64,000 nucleotides of DNA from NCBI RefSeq assembly GCF_001194135.2, contig NC_068991.1:79443422-79507421 (forward strand), in the 5' to 3' direction. Within the stretch, counting starts at the first letter, position 1. Each line of letters begins with the position of its first letter. Below are positions 55,601 through 64,000 of this stretch, in pieces. Made by a program: the position numbers and the translations under genes. Under the pieces are notes generated by a model, which saw only the letters and a program-made list of their open reading frames with translations, searched no databases and had not been told where the DNA came from. The stretch comes from Octopus bimaculoides. Taxonomy: Eukaryota.

Positions 55601-56365
55601 CAGAAAATATCCAGAGGACCAACGTACTAGAGAGAAAGAGCTAGACAGAATGTTTACTTCTGAACAGGGGTGGTAGGACTGGAAAATATGTGTGATGAAA
55701 GGAAAAAGAGTGAGAGAGTAAAGAGAGACAGAGAGGAAGACGATCCCTGCACAAGACGATCCCTGCTCCAAGAAGCAGAGGCGATTGAAAAAGAAGTTCT
55801 AGAAGTAAAGGGTGAATACAAGAAGGCGTAGCACATACATATAATTAAATTGGAGTTATTAAGCAGCCACTAAAATGAAAAACAGTCAATCCGTTAATTA
55901 TGAACGCCATTATAATCACCGCACAAATAATAAAATTCTGATTGTCAAAGTAATTGCTAAATGCTTGCGTGAAACAAAAATATTGTAAGGAATTCATTGA
56001 AAACAAGATGATTATAATTAATGATTTTTGTTTAGAATAATTTCAAGGAAGAGCAATTAATGGGAAATGCGTTTGGTATTGAAGAAGAAGAGAAGAAGTA
56101 GAAGAAGATGATGAAGAGGAGGAGGAGGAGGCCCATATTGCTGCTGATGACAGTAACTACAAGGTCAACAAAGAAAGAGAAGACAGTGCTATATTTGTTT
56201 ACACTTAACAAGCTTTAAAGACGATACATTTCAAAGTACCAAATATATTTTAAATCAATTTCTTCAACTAGAATCGTTCCGTTTTCATAAGAAATGCCCT
56301 ATAGGAAATGAATAAATGATGGCCTGTGAAGCCTCCGGAGTTTCTCATGTACAAACACATACGCA

Positions 56366-56451
<86 letters not shown>

Positions 56452-56635
56452 CTCACAAATATACTGATTAAAGTGAAATAAATATAAGGTCTAAGCATGA
56501 AAACTGAGAAGGTGGAGAGAAAACTTTGTATTATTAAAATACCAGGAATTTTTGGATACACTGTTTGTCGTATAAATAGAATCTCAGGGTAGGAGCATAA
56601 AAGATTATATGTACATACATACATACATACATATA

Positions 56636-57315
56636 TAGGATCTAGTTCAAAACGGGGGCACCAGTATTTTCTTAACGAAACACTTTGAAACTTGGGACAC
56701 TGGTAGAATGTGTCATATAAAACATCTTTTTCTCTTAGTCTTCTTAAGAAAAATTATTATATTGCAATTTATTTCATGTTAAAGTTGTCATATTTCTGTA
56801 ATTTCAACCAATGACTGAGGTCCATTCAGCCGAATACATTAGGTGTTGACTACGTAAACAAACGATTCTCAAACGATTCTGGCGGTGATAAAATTATTAT
56901 TTCCTTGTCAAAAAATGGCTGAAGCATATTGGCAGTAGCTAATAAACCTTTCTATTATAGGCACAAGGCCTGGTTTTTGAGGGAAGGAGCAAGTCAATTA
57001 GGGTTAGGGTTAGGGAAAACGAACACACGTGTGTTACCTCTCTGCAAAATGTCAGAAGTAATGGAGATTAAATACGCTTTACACCGCTTAAACTGCCAAA
57101 GGAGTAACTGTAAACAGCTGAATACTTGTCAGTGGTTGGTTGAAATTATCGAAATAAGACAATTTTTTTACATGAAACTAATTCGAATACAAACATTTTT
57201 TCTGTTCTATAACACAAAATAGATAAGTATACGTAGTTTGAAAGTCTTTCGGTACCAAAAACACTACTTAAAACATAAATGAAAACTGGTGCCCCTGTTT
57301 TGAACTAGATCCCAT
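56636..57315. mobile_element. TA-flanked non-autonomous TIR element (Tc1/mariner-type MITE), about 680 bp
   Basis: TIRs ggatctagttcaaaacgggggcaccagt (56638) and actggtgcccctgttttgaactagatcc (ending 57312); TA-rich flanks; no ORF. Confidence 0.85.
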
Positions 57316-57842
57316 ATATATATNNNNNNNNNNNNNNNNNNNNNNNNNNNNNNNNNNNNNNNNNNNNNNNNNNNNNNNNNNNNNNNNNNNTATATATATA
57401 TATATATATATGTCTGTATGAGTTAGAGGTTATGCACTCATCTAAGCGATAATAAATATCCAATATACTACTGGAGGTATACCTACGTATTTATATCCAA
57501 AGTACTTACTATTGCAGGGCAGTATCGCAAAAATAATAAAATAAAATAAAATAACAGAAATATTAAAGAATGGCAAAAAAGTCAATTCGAAAGTGATATC
57601 CATTATCATATTATTACTTAATTAACAAAATAAATAATAAGTGATAAGTAACAATATCGTACTAAGGTTTTGCCCAAATTATTCTTTCCTTGATGTATTC
57701 ATGTATTGATTCCCCCAAGTAAGCTCACATTATTTAACTTTCTCATTTGCTTTTATGATACTCTATTAAATAGCAGTTAGCCTCAAACATTTGACCCCTG
57801 TGATATGGACCATCCCATTAAACTCACTCCTCAACGTCTTAC

Positions 57843-57878
57843 CCCAGTAAAATTGAAATAGGATGTAACTCTCATAAC
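57843..57878 (-). CDS. Candidate 36-nt exon (alternative in-frame acceptor extends it to 57893)
   Basis: tttccacAG|gtt...ggg|GTAAGA. The phase 1->1 frame (G)YESYILFQFYW joins the 55 kb exon in frame. Confidence 0.3.
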
Positions 57879-58823
57879 CTGTGGAAATTACTCCTGGAAG
57901 TAACTTCCTTTACCGTATGATGTAATCCCATTGATTATGGATATCCCCTTGGAATTGACGTTTTTAACATTGCTAACTATTTCCGTTATGTTATTATTTT
58001 ATTCTATTTTATTATTTTACTTTACTTCCTCACATGTTAGATTCATACAGTTCATGGCATGTTCTTTTCGATATGTAGTACCTTTCTTTTAAAAATGAGA
58101 AACTCGGAAGCTTCTTTCTTTTTCCATCAACGCATAACCCTAAAACAATGTAAAGTATCTTGTCAATGAGCACCTGCACCAACAAACATTTAGATTCTAC
58201 CATCTTCCTGAGGGGAACTCAAAAGGGAAAGCGTTTCCATCCATGTTTGATGTTTGAGAAAACTATTTTCCCTCTTGCGTTGATAAAATAGTTTTGAAAA
58301 TCAGCAGAATTTGATCTGAAATGTTCAATGAGCAATGTCTGATAATCTTGCTCTAGCGCACATACAGTTTCTTTCTCTTGATATATTTGAACTCTATAAT
58401 AGTGAAGCTCTAAATTTCCTCCATGTTCCTATTCATTGTTAACAAATGTCATTGCTGAAGAATAATGTTGGGTGCATGCTGTGATCACCATGCTCCATGG
58501 AGTTCTTTTGTTCAATATTTCATTTACTTCCGGTTGGTATACTTTAACAGACGGCATTTTTCTATAATGTATTAAAGCAGATTTCAAAGGGTTGTTTCTT
58601 TCAACATTTTACATCAAGCGAACGCTCACGCATTCATGCTCACGGGATGCTCGTTCATACACACATACGCACATGCACACATGCTGAAGAAAAACACTCA
58701 CGTACACTTGGAACTTATTGTCTTCATGACTAATTAACTAATCAAAATTTATATGCCATCTGTATATATCTGCATTTGCACGCGCGCAATCACACACATT
58801 CGTATACACAAACCCACACGAAC

Positions 58824-58859
<36 letters not shown>

Positions 58860-59500
58860 CTATAATCTTTAATCTTTTATCTTTTACTTGTTTCACTTAC
58901 AAGACTGCAGCTACCCTGGGACACAGCCTTCAATCGTTGCCAGTATTGATATTTTTCAAGCCTGTAGTGGTTACATGTGTGTATCACGTGAACAGAGGCA
59001 AAAGGAATGTGTATGCCTTTGCAGTAAAACCTTCTGTCGTATCGTAGACTTTTCTCGTTTGCCTGCTGAGCCTTTCTTCTTCTTGTCTCTCCCTCTGCTG
59101 ACCACCGTATTTATAGTAATCGTGGCAGCTAGAAGGACAGACATACTGCAGCAGAGATTGTGCCTAAATTGGTCAGCTCCTGTCTATTTGAACTTCGCCT
59201 GACATGGCTGAGGTCGTAAGTCAAAGTGAGATGATCAATCACATTTTTGACAGGACAAAGAAAACATTTTTTTGCGCCTGTTGAGCGTGGTGGTTTGAAC
59301 GAGCGAGAATCCTTAGATTCGGTTTCGAATCTAGGCTTGGTGAAGGAAGTGTTAATTTTTACAAGCCTACTACACATTTTATCGGTCTCTTTGCCGAATA
59401 GCTATCTTACGTGGATGTAAACAAACCGACACAAATAGTGAAGCAGTGGTGGAGTTCAGACATGGACACAGACACAACGGACATACATTATGTATGCATG

Positions 59501-59539
<39 letters not shown>

Positions 59540-59849
59540 TAACGTTGACCACTAACGTGGACAATTAATGCGCTAGAAATAGATCACATCTTGTGTCTAT
59601 TATCTATTTCTANNNNNNNNNNNNNNNNNNNNNNNNNNNNNNNNNNNNNNNNNNNNNNNNNNNNNNNNNNNNNNNNNNNNNNNNNNNNNNNNNNNNNNNN
59701 NNNNNNNNNNNNNNNNNNNNNNNNNNNNNNNNNNNNNNNNNNNNNNNNNNNNNNNNNNNNNNNNNNNNNNNNNNNNNNNNNNNNNNNNNNNNNNNNNNNN
59801 NNNNNNNNNNNNNNNNNNNNNNNNNNNNNNNNNNNNNNNNNNNNNNNNN

Positions 59850-59880
<31 letters not shown>

Positions 59881-59910
59881 GTATATATATATATATACAT
59901 ATATATATAC

Positions 59911-60200
59911 GACGGGCTTCTTTCAATTCCGTCTACCATATCCACTCGCAACGCATTGGTCGGTCCGAGGCTATAGTACATGACACTTGCCCAAGGTGTC
60001 ACGGAGTGAGACTGAACCCGGAACTATGTGGTTGGAAAGTAAGCTTCCTACCACACAGATTCATTCTAACAAATCCAGTCACTAGTGTTTGCTCGGCCCC
60101 AAGTTATAGTAGAATACACTAACTCAAGAGACGACGCAGTGGGATTGAACACGAAACTATTTTTCTTGGGAAGTAAGCTTCTTACCTCAAAACACTTGCA
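59911..60200 (-). mobile_element. Two tandem SINE family B head fragments
   Basis: 59911-60058 matches 41822-41970; 60085-60190 is a more decayed second head. Confidence 0.8.
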
Positions 60201-60227
60201 CAAACACACACGCACGCACGCATACGC

Positions 60228-60269
<42 letters not shown>

Positions 60270-61204
60270 TCAGAGAGCGAGTGGGTGAGAGAAAGAGAGT
60301 AAAGGAATGAGAGAATTTTGATTATTTCATTAAGTGAGAAGTCTACGAAATCCCTGTCCACTCCTGCATTTAGCGTAACATCGTAAATGAGATTTATTAC
60401 TTAGACTTTCCTTTTCTTATTTTCGTATAATTTTCAATTGTAATATAAGAACCAAAATTCTTCTGTCATAATCCTTATTTCATTCGTCATATATCTCCCA
60501 CCTTCATTACTTAAAAGCAATTTAGCTCCTGGCAATAGAAATAAATGTTTATTAATAGCAGTTTTATTTTCAATAATTCCGCTGTATATAAATGAGAAAG
60601 TATCAAAACGTAACTGAAAATTTAGAGTTAATTTAGTATTAATATATTCAAAGCCAGTGCCGCTAATTTCGCATTAACAGTGTTTCTACTCCAGGCAGAT
60701 ATACAATATTTATCTGATCCAATTATGATTATTAAACAAAGGAAAGTGACTCATAGCCAAAAACAGTAATGTAGCTCAACTTGACTAAGTCTGTAGTTTA
60801 ATTAAACAGCTTTTTATGTGATGTTCCACACTGGTTGAGATTGCTTTGCATTTTATACTTAAGGGTCGATTAAATAATTACCAGCTAAGTATACGAGATT
60901 TTAACAATTCTTTAGTACCTCGTGCCTACGATTAAAATCACTGTGAAACCAACCGATATGGGCGTATAAACGCGGGGTTATGAATATGGTATCACACATC
61001 TATGATTTCAGGTTTAAGCTCACTCCACTAACATGCATGACATATTTCTCAATATTTCCCTCAAAAACATACTTCTAAACTTATTCATCATACGAGGGGA
61101 AACAGTCTAGTATTTATTCTTGCATTATGCAAAACTGTGACCATCATGGAGGTTTCGAAATACGTTGATACACACCACTTGTTAGAGAATGTAGAAAGTA
61201 GGCT

Positions 61205-61527
61205 TATTTGTTTCAGTCATTTGACTGCGGCCATGCTGGGGCACCACCTTTAGTCGAGCAAATCGACCCCAGGACTTATTGTAAACCTAGTTACGGGACG
61301 TAAACACACCAGCATCGGTTGCCAAGTGATGTTGTGGGAGGGGCAAACACATACACACATATATTTATACGACAGGCTTCTTTCAGCTTCCGTCTACCAA
61401 ATCTACTCACAAGGCTTTGGTCGGTCCGAGGCTATAGTAGAAGATGCCACGCAGTGGGACTGAACCCAGAACCATGTGGTTGGTAAGCAACCAACCTACT
61501 TACCACACAGCCACTCCTGGGCCTATG
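61205..61527 (-). mobile_element. SINE family B copy with internal deletions
   Basis: Collinear with 41591-41988 apart from two deletions. Confidence 0.9.
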
Positions 61528-62084
61528 ATTATCATTATTTCAATAAATCTTATTTTCGAATAAAATTTACTAAATATTTTATGGAAGACTGCAATCAAAA
61601 CTAAGATGATGAACATCTTATAAAGCTGCAAACATACATACACACATTATATAGCACGTATATTATTTATGAGTATATTTTCTTTCTCCTAGGCTTTGGA
61701 GCATCTCTTTGAATATTCTTTATAATCAACTTTTTGTTGTGTATTATGGTCGTACACATTCTAATATATTTCCTATTATTATTAAACTGACAATTATTGT
61801 AAAATGTAAGTAATAAAATTTATTATGATTATTGTGCATCAATTTAATAATTTGCTCTTTGAGAAAATTGCTTCCAGAGTATTCTTCACCGTTGTTGGAT
61901 GCTAACGCAATCAAAAGATTTTCAACTGGCCCCTTTATTTTTTTAGAACATACCTTATTTTCAGAAGCGTTCTTTGACTTACGACAAGAACCAGCAGAAC
62001 GACTGTACACTTCGCTGAAAATAACCAACTCTGTCATAATGGGGCATGAGTGTTCATGGCTAAAAATGTATAAGTTAATTATAC

Positions 62085-62380
62085 CCCTTGCTTGATATGG
62101 ACGTCCTGAGATGGGAGGAGGTCGAAAACGATCTCCCACACTGGAGACAAATGCTGCAAAAGTGGATGAAGCGAGGGGAAGGAAAACAGAAACTCACCCC
62201 CAATGAAAAGTGCACTCGACGGAAGGAAAGACCAGGAGTGCCGGTAGGGAGTTCCTTCAAATGTAGTCGCCGTATACGTGGGCCTCTGTAGTCACAGTAG
62301 ACGCTGCACAACCATCAGCGTCTGATACAATTTCTTCGGGCGCAGATCTGTGGTCTCTCGAGACCGACGGATGCCTACCA
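62085..62380 (+). mobile_element. RTE-clade LINE 3' end
   Basis: RWEEVENDLPHWRQMLQKWMKRGE...EKCTRRKE...FKCSR followed by the 3' UTR gtggtctctcgagaccgacggatgcct. Confidence 0.8.
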
Positions 62381-63319
62381 CCCTCCCTGATTTACATGTG
62401 TCCGGAATAAATTTAAGACGTCCTCGTTTAAATGATGTATTTCTAATCACGTGGTTGCAAGGAAAATATTTATCTGGTGGCATTAACCCTTAATTCTCCC
62501 AATAATTACAAACAAGCACTATATCCACCCTTCACCTTTCTGCTAGATATTTCCAAACATACAGAATGGGTAGAACAACACCTTTTGAGAAACTTTCTAA
62601 TTTCTTTATGATAGAAAACTTCCAATATGCCTCCTTTCATCAAATCTGGACTGTATATGGAAAACGAATTTCGCACAAATACACCTATCTGCAATATTTC
62701 TCAAAATATTCTTCACTTTTTAATTTTAAACTTTTCTAATTATTTTTGATGTTTTACCACAGTTCAAACCAAATGGAAGAATTCCACGATAAAAGTTTTT
62801 TTTCATGATCATCTCACATTTTTACAGGGCTATGGGATTACATTATGTAATGTGTCCTTCCATGACAAAGCAGTTGTAATTTCCAGAGTTACGTATTGTA
62901 AAAAGTTGAACAGCGTAGATATACATTTGTAAACATCACATATAACATTAACAAATTTACGTTTCCAATGATATAGAAGATATTAAACCTACATAATTTT
63001 AATAAATCAATCAGAATGTTTAGTGAAATCATTGAAACGGAAGTTATTGTCTATTTTTTGGATAACAGTTCAGTTTATGTTATATTGAAATGTTGTATTA
63101 GAAATTAGAAAGTTTAGAAATTAACGTAAAACGTTGGAAAAGAATTAATTTACATTCCAGCAGAATCAGTTTTAAAATTAAATTAAAATGTTTTCTAATA
63201 TTTAGCATAAGACAAATATATACATACATGTGTGTGAGTATGTGTGCGCACATGTGTGGTCTATGCTTGGACGAAAATATATACATATATATATATATGT
63301 AAATATGTTCTTGTATGCA

Positions 63320-63353
<34 letters not shown>

Positions 63354-63447
63354 GCTAGCTAGCTAGCTGTCTGTCTGTTTGTATATCTGTATATATTTAT
63401 AAATAAAAACATGCACTGAAATATATATATATATATGTATATATATG

Positions 63448-63479
<32 letters not shown>

Positions 63480-63860
63480 AACACGCATATAAGCCTCATT
63501 CATCCATAAATGTATACAAACATATTTACTTACATGTACGCTAACCAAGAAATATGTAAATTACTAAAATTGCATTATACGTATTTTTAGTTAATTTTCA
63601 TGAATCAGCGTCCATAAATTTTGGATGCAAAAATTATACCAATAAAATATATCTGAAAATCCATGATAAAATGAATCGAAATATGCTAGTCATTAACACC
63701 CACTTGTCATATAAGTGCTGAATATCAGGATGGTTAAAGAGGAATGTTATTAAAATTATTGAAAACAATATCATATTTCGAAATATGGAAAAAAAAAAAA
63801 ATTCCAAACTCGCTAAACAGTCACGAATGATTTATTATGAATGTATGCAGTGGAGGTGCC

Positions 63861-64000
63861 TCAACGATTGATTTATATATGGGAGCTACGACAGTTTGAT
63901 AGCATAGAAATGTTAGCATGACGGTGCATCAACGATTGATTTATATATGGGAGCAACGACAGTTTGATAGCATAGAAATGTTAGCATGACGGTGCATCAA
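63861..64000 (+). repeat. 68-bp tandem repeat, at least 2 copies, runs off the window end
   Basis: Units start at 63861, 63929 and 63997; one mismatch between the first two. Confidence 0.95.

Larger units (their letters stand above)
8799..59849. other. 14 assembly gaps (N-runs), almost all flanked by (TA)n, (GA)n or (CA)n microsatellites
   Basis: N-runs start near 8799, 10976, 14947, 20949, 23388, 31559, 39789, 42498, 45716, 48268, 50553, 55471, 57324 and 59613. Confidence 0.95.

Noticed and set aside
58888-59377. GC-richer ORFs, possibly an exon or an RTE remnant
   Set aside because: Begins in a decayed SINE tail; only faint similarity to an RTE C-terminus; no consistent exon frame.
61954-62059. 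Minus-strand exon-like segment with two donors and two acceptors
   Set aside because: The hydrophobic frame has an upstream stop and no start codon, and the phase-compatible frames give no recognisable peptide. Left unassigned.

Overview
AT-rich, microsatellite-dense eukaryotic DNA with 14 assembly gaps. The SINE repertoire, the Penelope/RTE/mariner relics and the (TA)n/(CA)n load suggest an octopus (coleoid cephalopod) genome; this is an inference from repeat recognition. No long intact ORF is present, and most entries in the ORF track are translations of microsatellites or N-runs. The window is mostly decayed mobile DNA: at least four tRNA-derived SINE families; RTE, CR1/L2, R4/Dong and CRE-like LINE fragments; several Penelope-like element (PLE) pieces; two mariner relics; a hAT MITE; and a TA-flanked MITE. 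The most interesting observations are (i) minimal hammerhead-ribozyme motifs in PLE terminal repeats, two copies of which share a non-canonical CCGAUGA core and one of which lies in an inverted segment; (ii) a LINE endonuclease split into opposite orientations, as expected from a twin-priming 5' inversion; (iii) a CRE-like restriction-like endonuclease relic; (iv) small minus-strand exon candidates that phase into an unidentified peptide; and (v) a pre-miRNA-sized hairpin and a tRNA-Thr(CGT)-like relic. All family calls come from manual motif recognition, not database searches.
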